A stretch of 64,000 nucleotides of DNA from Tubulanus polymorphus. Taxonomy: Eukaryota > Animalia > Nemertea. This document shows positions 12,403-25,092 of this stretch, in pieces; position 1 is the first letter of the stretch, and each line of letters begins with the position of its first letter. Made by a program: the position numbers and the translations under genes. Below the pieces are notes generated by a model. That model had not been told where the DNA came from. It worked only from the letters and a program-made list of their open reading frames with translations, and searched no databases. Location: contig NC_134026.1 in the NCBI RefSeq assembly GCF_964204645.1, forward strand, positions 12,609,950 to 12,673,949, given 5' to 3'.

Positions 12403-13447
12403 CAGTTGCTAGCCGTCATTTTGTTAGGGTACTTTTGTCCTGTATTGTTTGGTGATTTTTTTTCTCCTTTTTAAAAACTATGATATGCGTGTTTTATCAT
12501 ACTTCACCGGTCCATAGATGGATTTTGACAGTTTCAACAACATTAAAACCGCGTGAATCTCTAGTTTTCAATTATGTTAAATTCATTTCTCAAATTTGCG
12601 AAATGCGTCATGACCAGTTTTTGCCACGCGTGTGAAAATTGAGGGTACTGTACTTTGAAGTTCGTTATTTTTCAATTAAAAAACATTGAAACATTTCAGG
12701 AACTCTGCGCATAAACGCCCCCTTTCAAGTAAACTTTAAAATTTCAAGATATCTTGCCTATGTTTTCTCTACCCGCGCGCAACTTGGAATGCGTGATCAA
12801 AATGCCGCTCTGCTGCTTAAACATGCTCAAAAAATCGTTCAAACCCCAATTTAAGCATCTTTAATGTCTTCGACATCCATATTGCATATAATTATTTATA
12901 TTCCAACTTAATACCAATAATTAAAACCATTTTCTGAGAGAAAAGTATAGTATCAAAGAAAAATAACACCCACAGACTGAAATACATGTTTAGAAAACAG
13001 CGCCGAAAAGTGACAAATGACGCACTGCTGTTGAATAGCCATAGAATGAAAACTAGGCAAGATATCTTGAAATTTTAAAGTTCACTTGAAAGGGGGCATT
13101 TATGCTCACAGTTCCTGAAATGTTTGAAAACTGTTCCTGAAAACTATTTTTAAAGATAAAGGACTTCAAAATACAGTACCCTCAATTTTTACGTGCGTGG
13201 CAAAAAACTGGCCACAGTTTTTTTATATTGCTCTCATGTTGCATTGTTGCAAAATTGAGAAATGAATTTTACATAACTGAAAACTAGAGATTCACGCGGT
13301 TTTAATGTTGTTAAAACTGTCAAAATCTATCTATGGACCGGTGAAGTATGATAAAACACGCATATCATAAATAGTTTTTAAAAAGGAGAAAAAAATGACC
13401 AAACAATACAGGACAAAGTACCCTTACAAAATGGCGGCTAGCAACTG
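12403..13447. mobile_element. Foldback/MITE-like element with about 350-bp inverted arms
   Basis: 12403-12760 (CAGTTGCTAGCCG..gatatcttgccta) is the reverse complement of 13053-13447; no clear TSD. Confidence 0.8.
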
Positions 13448-13975
13448 TAAAATGGTTTATTCGATATAACATTACCGTGGTATTTAACAACTGACTCTAA
13501 GCAATTGGCCTTAGAATGATCATGAATCAGTTTTAAGTAATATCTTTATTCTACGTGGAGAGAAAAATTTCATGTTCATTGTTGTTGTTTTTTTTCACTC
13601 ACCACTTCGTACCCACGTTGCCTCAAAGAATCTGCGTAACAACACTCCGAAACATTCAGCCAATTTTCTTTGTTATCAAAAATAGTTTGAAATGGGCTGT
13701 TAACTCTGGATGAATTCATTTTTTTATTATGATGCTAGAGCGTTTCGAATAATTATTCTGACTGAACTAATGACTGGTCTGTTGCTGCGGCAGAGTTTTG
13801 TTAACTTTTGAAATAGTGATATGATGACCATGTGGTTCAAAGCAATTATGTGCCTATATATCTTAGCAACTGGACAGTCATTAATCATCTGACAAGCCAG
13901 ACTTTCTGATTTTTTCCCATATAATTTAAGTCAATCCCAAATGGTACTCCTCACATATTTCTTCAACGGCAAACA

Positions 13976-14510
13976 ATGAACTTCTATAATAATCTGAATA
14001 ATCAATATGGAATTAGACCTGGCTTTGCTACCCAAAGTCAGAATTTTGGCCAGTATGGCCATTCCTCCAGCTTCGAGGGGCAAGGGATGCAATATGGCCA
14101 AGATACGAGCAGTTTCGAGGAGACAAATATTCATACATTACCGTCTCCCTGTACTCCTGTCAAACGGGGCCAACATCTAATGAGCACGCCGATTGATTTG
14201 TCTCCACGGCGACAACTTTCAAATTTGAGTTCCGCTTGTTTGGCTGCGAAGAAGCTTAAAAAAGGCTCCAAAATGGCCCAGCGAAGAAAAAATATATTGG
14301 TGAGTATCAATATTCTAAATCTAAGTGCACAGGAATTATCGTAATTTAATTTCACTTCGTGAAAAATTTATAATTAATTTTGTGGAATGACAAGATAACG
14401 CTCCCTTTCAGAAAATCGTACGGTCAACGATAAACGAAATGCACTTAAATGGAATAGGAATGAAGAAACGTAGCACGCGAGAAAAAACGGAAGAGTTTGT
14501 GAAAAGTGTA
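13976..14510 (+). pseudogene. Possible 5' exons of a Sola1-type transposase
   Basis: ORF with a GTGAGT donor near 14300; next exon reads NRTVNDKRNALKWNRNEET*HARKNG, resembling the W.+N....R..G motif. Confidence 0.35.
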
Positions 14511-14525
14511 AGTTTCTGTTTATTA

Positions 14526-15737
14526 CTAAGAGGTCAAATTTAGGTAAAAGTCTTTGGCGTGAGGTTCAACCCAGTTTTCTGCAATCTTTTGCAAATCATC
14601 AATTTTTGCCTGATTAAGAGGTAGAGGGTATTCGTTATACAACGGCTTCGTTTGAAGGGGTAGATCGTCCAAATCCAATCCCTCTTTATGATAATCAACC
14701 TTCATTGGTGTCTTAGTAACATCGTGTGAAGATCTGAGCCATGCCGTCCTGTTGTGGTTCACAGTCTGTAAAAGATATAAGTAACTTTGGATTAGAAGCA
14801 CGTGGAAACAATTTTTTCTCGAAAAAACCTCAGTTAATTAATTTATCTGGAAGTGTCCATTTAAAGCCACTTCACCGATACCAAAATTAATCCATTTTGT
14901 GTCTGCCAACACAGTTGGTATCGGTGAATTTTCAGCTTTTCGATTTGAACTGAAAATATGACCCAGCCATGAACGAAAGTCGCGAAATTCATCTTGTTGT
15001 ACCCGGTACACTTCTTAAATAGAAAAGAAAATACTTCATAATATGTATGTATGTATGTATGTGTGCATGTATTAATGTATGTATGTATGTACGTACGTAC
15101 GAATGAACACATACACGTACGTTACTATGTCTTTTACTCACCTATTGATTTATTTGAGGCAGCAATGTCCATCCAATCTCTGGGCAGCATTATTTTTTCG
15201 TGGGTTCTATTCTTTTTCTCAATTTGTCCGAAGAAGCGATCACAAGGACCATAAGAATGTCCTTGCTTTAGATATTTCAAGTCCACTCGTTTGTATTCTC
15301 CTGAATCAATCAAATATTGGGTATACCATAGTATACCATAATTCTTATTTTTCCCGCTGCAGTTGTCGGCCCAAATGATCAGGTTGTCAGCACCTAAAGA
15401 AAATATATAAAATAAATAAAGATATGAATGTACTATACATTGGATAACTATCAATTGAAACAGTACTCTAGAGAGAATATAACATTTAAAAAATCGACTC
15501 ACCAGTGTTCCCGTAACTAGTTTTATTCAACATAATGTCAATCATGCTGATTACTTCATCAGCACCTTTACCAGCCATTTCTTCGGAATACATGAAACGC
15601 TTCATGTTTTGGTGGAATCCGGAATAAATTCCAAAATTAAAAGTATATATTTGTCTCATGTAGTAGATGGATTGAGTTGGCATTTTTGGACAGGGTAAGT
15701 TTTTCTGAAAATCAATATGGAACGATACGACTGCCAT
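14526..15737 (-). pseudogene. Sola1-like transposase catalytic and C-terminal exons
   Basis: IDFQKNLPCPK..YYMRQIYTFNFGI..E..GKGADEVIS; WADNCSGKNKN; GHSYGPCDRFFGQIEK; PLNQAKIDDL..FYLNL; introns, one with a (TATG)n run. Confidence 0.8.
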
Positions 15738-17778
15738 TCTAAAAGCGTGGTGAAAAATAACGCGTGGCTCGACTCAGCATCTACAAAGATCATGTATCAT
15801 ACAAATAGATATATACCCATGATAAAAGACCCAAGCATAAACACGTGTCTTAACACATGTGGTCATATCTGAGGTTTAGTCTGATGGTCTGGTATTTCAC
15901 ATATTGATGGAATCATTATTCGAAGTTGATTCGCCCACAAAAAAATGTAAAAGATAATTTGTGCCGGTGTAACTATGCAATCCATAAAATTAGAAAATAA
16001 TGTACCACACTTTCGGAATATTCAAGGGGACATAATATTTCGGAGAGACCAACATAAAAAATTGGGCGTTTGAACCAAATCGTTGAATTTTCCGAATCGC
16101 CGAATTCAGTTCAAATTCAGTTAAATCATGGACTTAAGTGTCCATGATTAAAAACATATTGACGGAAGAATACCACTATAGTGAAACAAACTTGTTATTT
16201 CTCAATGTGTTTTTTTTTTAAATCTTAGAATAGGGATTGACCCTTTTATTTATTTGATTGGTAGATTACGTTTGATTTTTTTTTGATTTGGTGTCCCTTA
16301 CAGACCCACCACACCTGCCGGGAGTGAAACAGGGATTTTATTTTGAAATCGGAAATTAAAGTACATATATAGTTGTGTGATCGGCGGGGGAGTTTACAGA
16401 ATTTTTTAAAATCGAAGTACATACTTGGGAAATTCTGTTCCGATACGGTTCATTCAAACAATCTTCCAACCAGTCTGAACCGACAAGCGACTGATTGGGG
16501 TTTATTTAGTTGGCTACCTAATTTAATACGTCTAATTTAATTAATCATTTATATCCATGTATAGATATTAGTGTGGCCTTGCAATGGCTCATGATTGCGA
16601 AAAAAACTATGTATTAAGTCCAGCCGGGCGAATCTTCCCTTACTTTAGGGTAATTAGTCTTTTATAAAGTAAAGAAATTACTTAGGCTGACTGTTTTTAC
16701 CGCTAGCAGCAAAACAACACAAATACGTGTTATCTAAACCATCAACCGTCAATCATTAACGGCGTATCAAGTTTTAAAAGTCGGATCTTCCATCTCAAGA
16801 GCAAATTTGTATTTTGCATTTATTTGGCTATCAATTAATTAAATAGGCTATGTCTTGATTAATTCGGCTATTCGATGATGCGGCGAAGTTCAAACACAGT
16901 AAGGGGATTCTTATTACAAACACTTTGACGATGGTGTCTGCATGTAGAAAAGTCTGAAATGCCATGTCTCTAGTTTTTTGATTTGTAAAGTTTGTTTTAA
17001 AGTAATATTTTGAGTGTTTTTGTTTTTACATTGAATCTATATGCATATATTCTACAGGTTCTTGAGAAAGGAAATTTACAGAAATCTGATGGTCACGTCG
17101 ATACCATCATCAAAGCTGGACAGCAGTACCTTAAACAAAAACGCTGTAAAAAGAGGTACAGGTCACTCATTAATCAAACAATAGCAATTGAAATACAATG
17201 TATTACCTCTATCGCCAATTTAATCATAAAATAGATTGACAATTTCATCACTATACAATGCAATATTTATTTGTCGGCACGTGCGATAATGTGTTTTGCA
17301 TTCAAATTATTGCAGCAGAAAGGTCGAATCTCGCTTTGTGGACCAGGCAACGCAGACGGACATCGATGGCCTCAAAAGGTATTAACTACACGCATAACTA
17401 TAGAGCAGTTATTTTCTACACATTATTTCCATTCACGAGTTAAAAATAAAATGTGATTTCATTTTCCACCATTTTTTCAAAATTTTAAATCTGAAAATCA
17501 TGTTGGGTATTTTTCAGACAGACAATTGAGACTCAAACTGAGGTGTCAGAAGATATAAGGTATGTATTCTTATTCATTCAAGTTATAGGTACACTGATTT
17601 CCCCTGTATATAATAAAGGCTTATAATTTTTCTTTCAGACTTTGTACCGTGTGTAACGCCGCTATAGAGTGAAAATAAACTAGTAAACGTAATACAATAA
17701 AGCATATTATGGTTTTATTTTTATTAAGATATTTTTGATTTCATAAAAGGTAGGACGAACCATGGACGCTTAAACGAA

Positions 17779-17915
17779 AGGAAAGATGAAAATGTAAGCT
17801 TAATAAGGAACCGAAATGAGCGGAGAACATGGCCTGTCTTGGCAATAGTTATTCGTTAGTTTTGTGAAATAAGCGAAATTCTTAAAACTTTTTCCAGCGA
17901 ACATTATCTGGATCA
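17779..17915 (+). repeat. About 140-bp direct repeat, copy 2
   Basis: Matches 10751-10899. Confidence 0.9.
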
Positions 17916-18434
17916 TAATTTCGCTTCGTTTTTGATTCCATACTAAAAGTCATGTTGCTGCGATACAACTGTGTATGCAGTGATACGTGACAATATAAAC
18001 ACGAGGATAACATAATTGACAGGTGGCCGATGTGCTTTAGTCAATAGGCACAACGTGTTTGCTATCTATGAAATGAGATGGGCCAGGTTGTGTAATACTT
18101 TGTAGCACCTTCGATTTTGTTCCTACGAGATGATTGATTAAATTCGCTGGAACTGAGACTGTAGAATTAAACTACTTGCTGAGTGGTCACTTGAAAATGA
18201 ATTATTTTACTCAAGATGAATCTGTCTTGATTTAAAGGGCGCTTGATGATGTGTGGAAAAAATCTTGAAAGATTTCACTTCAATCCGTTCGTAATAAGAT
18301 AAAATCCCACTATATACAGACTAAAATTTTTAAAGTTTTAAAACAAATTTATCAATCGAAAATTGAAATGACACGACGTTTCGAACTCCTGGACTAGAAT
18401 AATTTCTTGGTTTTATAACTTTTAAATCTGCATT

Positions 18435-18628
18435 AGTAATAGGGGTTTAGTTGTTTCATACCAAAGGTCGAACGGACGAGAAATTTTCCAAATGTTAAAA
18501 TAATAATAATTTCTACTTGAATTAGTCGCGTACACTCCTAATTCAAGTAGAAATTATTATTATTTTAACATTTGGAAAATTTCTCAACCATTCAACCTTT
18601 GATATGAAACAACTAAACCCCTATTACT
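18435..18628. repeat. 194-bp hairpin (91-bp arms, 12-nt loop, 5 mismatches) at the Polinton left end
   Basis: AGTAATAGGGGTTTAG..CTTGAATTAG-tcgcgtacactc-CTAATTCAAG..CTAAACCCCTATTACT. Confidence 0.95.
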
Positions 18629-18856
18629 CTTAAAATATTCATATATATGAATAAAATATAAATGAATAACATATATAAGTAACAAGTAATTAACGAGCTC
18701 TTATAGAATAGATATATTTTAAACATTATTTCAATATTTATATTTGTATGAGTTAGATTTTTAAACATTAAAAGTGTTAGTAAAGTGTGAATGAAATAAT
18801 TCATATATAAATCATTGAACTTCTAAAATCAATTTTAAAAAAAATTTAGTATTAAA

Positions 18857-21800
18857 ATGGAAGCAAATAAGTACTACTGTCCAACATGTAATATAGATAA
18901 ATCCCAAAAATCAAGACATAATAAAACTAAAACACATTTAGAGAATAAATTGAAACTAGAATATAAAGATGATATATTAGAAACTAAATTAGATGAATTA
19001 AAGAATGAAAAAGAAACATACAAATGTGATACATGTAATCTATCATTCAGTGATAAAAGATATTATAAAGAACATTTAAAATCTAAAAGTCATATTAGAA
19101 ATAAGAATAATGATATTTTAGGTGAAGATTAATTTGATAAAGATAATGATAAGAAACAGAAGACAATTAAAAGCATAAAAAATAATTAAACAATAAAAGA
19201 CCATACATGGAAGATGTAAGAAAATATATTAATTCATTGGATAATAAAAAAGATATAGAGATAACCGAAGCATTTAAAAGTGATATTGGCCCAGCAGCTA
19301 TCGAGTTTAAATTTCATAAAGGAAAAACATTAGAAGAAAATAAAAAACATTTAGAAAATATGAAAGAACTAATAAAAATAATAATAGATGTTGAATACCC
19401 TAAAATTAGTATATCTTCTAAAGTAAAGTTTATAAAATCTGAAGATAAACCAATATATAATATAAATTCTCATTCACAACATATTATATATAAACAACAT
19501 ATAGATGATAATTTAGATAAATGTTATAATGAAGTAAAAACTAAAATCGAAGAGAAATATTTTGAAGGATCTGGTTTAATATTTGATGAAATTATATTTA
19601 TGACTTTACATGTGTATAACACAAAATATAATAAGTTAACTAAATCAAAACCAATTGATGAAAATAATGTATCATATTATAAAGAACCAGATATTGAAGC
19701 ATCAAGTTATATTAAACTACCATTTAAAACTAATGCTGTTATAAATGTACAAAATGAAGATGATAAATGTTTTCTATGGGCTATAATAAGTTGTTTACAT
19801 CCAACAGAAGATATTACACATAGTTTTAGATTAACTCATTATAAACCATTTGAAAATAATTATAAGATAGATAAGTATCATGTTATAATTAAAAACATCC
19901 CAAAAATAGAAAGAGATAATAATATAAAGATAAATGTATTTGATTTAATCAAATTACCAAATACAAAAGGTAACAATATAAAACATTATACATTAGAACC
20001 TTTATACCTATCAAAAGATTATGATTCAAACGATGTTATAGATATATTATATTATGAGAATCATTATATGTGGATTAAAAGAATTGATTTATTTTTTAAA
20101 TCAGAAAATGATTTTGATAATAAAATATATCTATGTAGAAAATGTTTACATAAATTCAAAACTGAAAGTGCATTATTAAATCATAAACAATTATGTGAAA
20201 ATCATGATTATTGTAAATTAGTTTTACCAAATTAAAATGATAGAATATTAGAATTCAAAAAATATGATTACAAAAATAAAGTACCATTTGTCATATATGG
20301 AGATTTTGAATCATTAAATAAAGAATTAACTGATCAAGATAGAAAAGAAATATATTATAAAAGAAAGAAATTAAATTCTAATGAAAATGATTTTTCAGAT
20401 GAACCACCAAAAACAAATACAATTAAAAAGATTCATCAATCAGCTGCTGCTTTCGGGTTATATATTAAATCTGATTATCCAGAACTAATTGAAAGTGAAT
20501 ATTATCATTATAGAAATGAAAATGTTATTAATCATTTTTGTGACTTATTAATTGAATATGAAATAAAATTTAATGAAAAGTTAAATAAAAATATAGAAAT
20601 TATAATGACAGAAGAAGATAAAGAAGAATTTGCGTTTGCAGATAAATGTTATTATTGTGAAAAGATATTTAATTATAAAGATAAAAAAGTAAGAGACCAT
20701 GATCATTTGAATGGAGAGTTTAGAGGCGCTGCACATGAGAATTGTAACTTACAAGCTAAGAAAATTAATTTTGTTCCAGTTATATTTCATAATCTATCAG
20801 GATATGATGCACATTTATTTATCAAACAGTTATGCCATAAAATAGAAGAAATTAATAATGAAATAGAAAGATTAAATTCAAATAGATCAAAAGATAAAAT
20901 ACCAACTTATAAATTTAAAATGTTAGCTAAAACATCTGAGAATTATATATCATTCCAATTTGGGTGTCTAAGATTATTAGATTCATATAGATTTTTAGGT
21001 AGTTCACTAGATAACTTATCAAAATCATTAGTTAATGATGAATTAAAAATATTAAAACAACACTATCCAAATAATGATGATTTTAAATTAATGAGATATA
21101 AAGGCGCAATTCCATATTCTTTCTATAAAAATCATAATGATTTTAACATAACTGAATTATTAAAAGAACAATTCTATGATGAATTAAAAAATGAATATGT
21201 TAAGGATGAAGTATATAATAGAACATTGAATATTTGGAATCATTTTAGAATGAAAAATCATGGGCAATTAGTAGATTTATATCTAAAATCAGATGTATTA
21301 TTATTAACCGATATATTCGAAAGGTTTAGAGATGTAAACCTAAAATATTTTAACATTGATCCTTGTCATTGTTATTCAAGTCCAGGTTTAACATGGGATT
21401 GTGGATTAAAATTTACAGATATAAAAATGGATTTGTTAACAAATATAGATCAATTGCTATTGTTTGAAAAATCTATTAGAGGAGGAGTTTCAGGTGTATT
21501 AGGTGATAGATATTTCAATGTAAATGATAATCCTGGATATAAGTTATTATATATAGATGCAATTAATTTGTATGGTTGGGCAATGATGGAACCACAACCT
21601 TATGGAGAATTTGAATTAACAGAAGTTTTACAGAATGAAAATAATGATAAATTTGATTGGAAGAAAAGAATCCTAGATATTGCAGATGATTCAGATACTG
21701 GTTACTTCTTTGTTGTGGATTTAGAATATCCTGAACATATTAAATTTAAATCTAGAAATCTAGCTTACTGTCCCGAACATAAAACTGTAACTCATGAAGA

Positions 21801-22879
21801 ATTATCAAATTATCAAAAAAGAATTAAACCCGAAAATCATATTCATACAGAAAAGTTAATGGTAACTCAAGAAGATAAATATAATTATGTAGTACATTAT
21901 AGAATGTTGAAGTTTTATTTGAATCAAGGAATGATTCTAAAAAAAGTACATAGATATATTTCATTCAGTCAATCTAAATGGTTAGAAAAATATATAGATT
22001 TTAACACCAAACAGAGAACTGAAGCTAAAACTGATTTCGAGAAAGATTTCTTCAAGTTAATGAATAATGCATTCTATGGTAAGACTTGTGAAAATATTAG
22101 AAATAGAAATGATATTTCTTTAGTCAGTTATGGTAAAAGAATTAGACATTTACAAACATATCCTAAGTTCATTGGTAACAGAATATTTGATGAAAATTTA
22201 GCTGCAGTTAAGATGAGAAGAACATCAATGAAATTTAATAAACCAATCTTGGCGCTTCAGTTTTAGAATTATCAAAATTACTAATGTATGAATTCTATTA
22301 TAATGTATTACAACCACTTTTTGGAGAAAAACATATAGAAATATTATATTTTGATACTGACATATTAAAGATAAAAACTAATAACATAACTGATGATTTA
22401 AAAACATTAAAACATCATTTTGATTTCAGTAATTATCCTAAAAATCATGAATTGTTTACAATGATAATAAAAAAGTTCCCGGTAAATTCAAAGATGAATT
22501 AGGTGGCGAAGAAATGATTGAATTCATCGGTATTAGATCTAAAATGTATTCATATAAAACTAAAGAACATGAAGCTAAAAAGTTAAAAGGAATAACCAAA
22601 AGTGTAGTAGAAAAGAATATTCATTTCAAAGATTACATCAATTGTATATTCAATGAAGAAGTTAGAAAACATAAGATGAAATGTTTAAGATCTGAAGATC
22701 ATGAAATGTTTATAGAAGAAATTGAAAAGATTAGTCTAAACCCATTTGATGATAAAAGATATATTTTAGATGATGGAATTCATACAGTTGCTTATGGTTG
22801 TAATTTAGATGAATACTTAAAATTTAAAAGAGAAGAAACAAAAGAGAACGATATAATGAAAAGAATTCTAACGTGTTAA
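18857..22879 (+). pseudogene. polB: Protein-primed family B DNA polymerase with N-terminal zinc fingers and an endonuclease VII-like insert; disrupted
   Basis: ExoI VIYGDFES (read through the TAA at 20233-20235), RDHDHLNGEFRGAAHENCN, FHNLSGYDAH, YIDAINLYGWAM, KLMNNAFYGK, YFDTD, DDKRY. Lesions near 19130, 19185, 20233, 22250 and 22460. Joining the 18857 ZnF ORF to the polymerase is an inference. Confidence 0.92.
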
Positions 22880-22908
22880 TCAAATTTTAATAAAAATATG
22901 TATTATAA

Positions 22909-23262
22909 ATGGAGAGTAAACAAGCGCACAGTGAGAACAACAAATTATTTTTAGATAGAATAAAAGATACTTCAAATGTCAAATCAGTAGATTATAAATT
23001 TAAGAAGTTAAAAGAATTAATAATCCATAAGAAATATCTAATTACAAATATTGATACAGTTACTAACAAATATGGAGATAAATTAGTTATACACTTAGAA
23101 TATGAAGGATTAAAAGGAAATACATATAAATTCAGAACATATTTACCAGATAGATTTCATAGATTATCAAGTGATGATCTAGAAGAATTATGTTCTGGAG
23201 ATTTCTATTTCGTATACAAAGGTAAGAATGAAAAAGGTCACCATGAAATAGATTTCGAATAA
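22909..23262 (+). CDS. Small Polinton protein, possibly OB-fold ssDNA-binding (117 aa)
   Basis: Directly after pPolB; FKKLKEL..Y.I....NKYG..YLPDRF pattern; paralog at 42781-43107. The function is a guess. Confidence 0.6.
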   Translation: MESKQAHSENNKLFLDRIKDTSNVKSVDYKFKKLKELIIHKKYLITNIDTVTNKYGDKLVIHLEYEGLKGNTYKFRTYLPDRFHRLSSDDLEELCSGDFYFVYKGKNEKGHHEIDFE

Positions 23263-23279
23263 GAAAATATGTAAAATAA

Positions 23280-24052
23280 ATGGTAGAATTAAAAGAATAC
23301 AGAATATTTGTTGATTCAAGAAAACTTACAAATTATAAATCTCATAATTTACTAGTTCAATTAGATAGGGAATTTAAGAATTGTGTTGATTTAAAATTAG
23401 TAAATATAAGTTTATGTAATTCTTTTTATAATATATTGGATAAAACTTTTGAACATAGAGGGTTTATGATTTATATGAGAAATAAAGATAAATGGTTTCA
23501 TACATTTTTAAAACCAGGATTATATAATTTAGAATCATTAGCGCAAGAAATTAATAGAAGAGCTCGGTTGAAAATCGGGGGCACTTCTGTATTTGAAATT
23601 AAATTTAAAAAAATTGATAGTACTAATAAAATAAGAATAAAGATATCTAATGAAAAACATAAATTTATGGTAAACAAACCACTGGCTAAAATGTTAGGAA
23701 TTAAACCGCTTACAGTTACTGGAAACGCAGAAGGCATCTCAAATATAATACCTTTTACACACTTTTATATTTATTGCAATTTAATCGATCCTACAAAAAC
23801 TTTCGAAGCAACTAAAGAAACAATTTGTAGTTCTAGTATACTAAATATTTTACCGCTAAAAATGTGAAACAATTTGGAACTCAAATAAATTATAATTTAA
23901 CAGAATGTGATTTTAAACCTTGCATTCCTAAATTTCATAATTTTACATTAGAAGTAAGAAATCATAATGGATACTTAATTGATTTAAATAACTTTCCTGT
24001 AATTTATGAATTAATTATAAGATGTAAAGAGCAATTTTTGATATATAAATGA
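23280..24052 (+). pseudogene. Probable minor capsid (penton-like) protein, frameshifted near 23860
   Basis: IFVDSR, LKPGLYNLESL..EIN, FYIYCNLID, then LEVRNHNGYLIDLNNFPVIYEL in the next frame. Confidence 0.65.
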
Positions 24053-24408
24053 ATATAACTGTTGGACCGAGTATATGTTTTGGATTTGATTTTAAACGTG
24101 AGAAAGAAATGAAATTTAACATTAATGATGTAATAACACATATCAAAAATATTACATTTTCTAATGAAACAACATTTGAGTATGAAACTACAATAGATAA
24201 AGAAACTTTAAATGTAGAAAAGATTACTTATTTAATTAGAGGATCTTTAAGATTTTATGAATTAGATGAAGATTTTATCATCGATGATATTAAAAAAATA
24301 ATAATTGAAATATATACAAATGAAACTAGTAATGAAATAAATGTTGAAATAATTATAACTAAGATAACTAAATATTTTGAAGATAGTAATTTTTTGATAA
24401 ATAAATGA
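24049..24408 (+). CDS. Hypothetical Polinton protein (119 aa)
   Basis: ORF in the gene cluster with ATAAATG start. Confidence 0.6.
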   Translation: MNITVGPSICFGFDFKREKEMKFNINDVITHIKNITFSNETTFEYETTIDKETLNVEKITYLIRGSLRFYELDEDFIIDDIKKIIIEIYTNETSNEINVEIIITKITKYFEDSNFLINK

Positions 24409-24626
24409 GTGATAATAAGTGGATAATAACTGGATCATATAATGGAGCATTACTATCAGTTGGAACTGTTGGTTATTCAATGATATTAAAAAAAGTATTT
24501 AAAATGGGAAGTGTTAATGTTGATAGATTTGATATAAATGATATCTTAAAATTAACGTTAGCAGTTACTTTATCTAATTTAACTATTGATTATTTGGAAA
24601 AACAAAAATATATTCCTCCCATATAA
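24405..24626 (+). CDS. Small hydrophobic Polinton protein (73 aa)
   Basis: Ends DYLEKQKYIP; T-run plus ATAAATG start. Confidence 0.65.
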   Translation: MSDNKWIITGSYNGALLSVGTVGYSMILKKVFKMGSVNVDRFDINDILKLTLAVTLSNLTIDYLEKQKYIPPI

Positions 24627-24650
24627 ATGCATAATTTTTTTGCTAAATAA

Positions 24651-25073
24651 ATGGCTTCTGCAATTATAACTATTATAGGATCGGCAATTGTTAACGCTTT
24701 AGCATTTACTGGTGGTGGTTATTTATTTAAACATATTGATAAAAATAGTTCATTAGGAGAACAAAGAAGACATAACTTAGCGTTAGAGAAATATAATAAA
24801 GCTGCAGAAGAATATAGAGAAAAGAGGCAAAACTATATGGATTATATTAACAAAGAATTATATGATCAGAAGATTTCACATAGAGATTTTCAATCAGTTG
24901 ATGATGCAATGAGTTTATATAACGCGGTAACCAATAAAGAAAAATTACATCTATACAAACCTAAATTATCAGATTATTATACCCCGAGTAAAGAACAACA
25001 GAAATATGAAATAATTTGGATTTTAGGTGGAACAGTTATTGTTATATTTGTTCCTTATAAGTTTACTAATTAG
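24651..25073 (+). CDS. Polinton membrane-associated protein (140 aa)
   Basis: Hydrophobic N-terminus (IIGSAIVNALAFTGGGYLF), coiled coil RHNLALEKY, PKLSDYYTPS, C-terminal hydrophobic helix. Confidence 0.75.
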   Translation: MASAIITIIGSAIVNALAFTGGGYLFKHIDKNSSLGEQRRHNLALEKYNKAAEEYREKRQNYMDYINKELYDQKISHRDFQSVDDAMSLYNAVTNKEKLHLYKPKLSDYYTPSKEQQKYEIIWILGGTVIVIFVPYKFTN

Positions 25074-25092
25074 TAATTTTTTTGTTAAATAA

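Noticed and set aside
17010-17560. Possible small plus-strand exons (VLEKGNLQK..QYLKQKRCKKR)
   Set aside because: Splice-like signals are present but no family is recognisable.
18857-22879. Programmed frameshifting or readthrough in pPolB
   Set aside because: Multiple independent lesions, also found in other genes, point to decay or sequence error.
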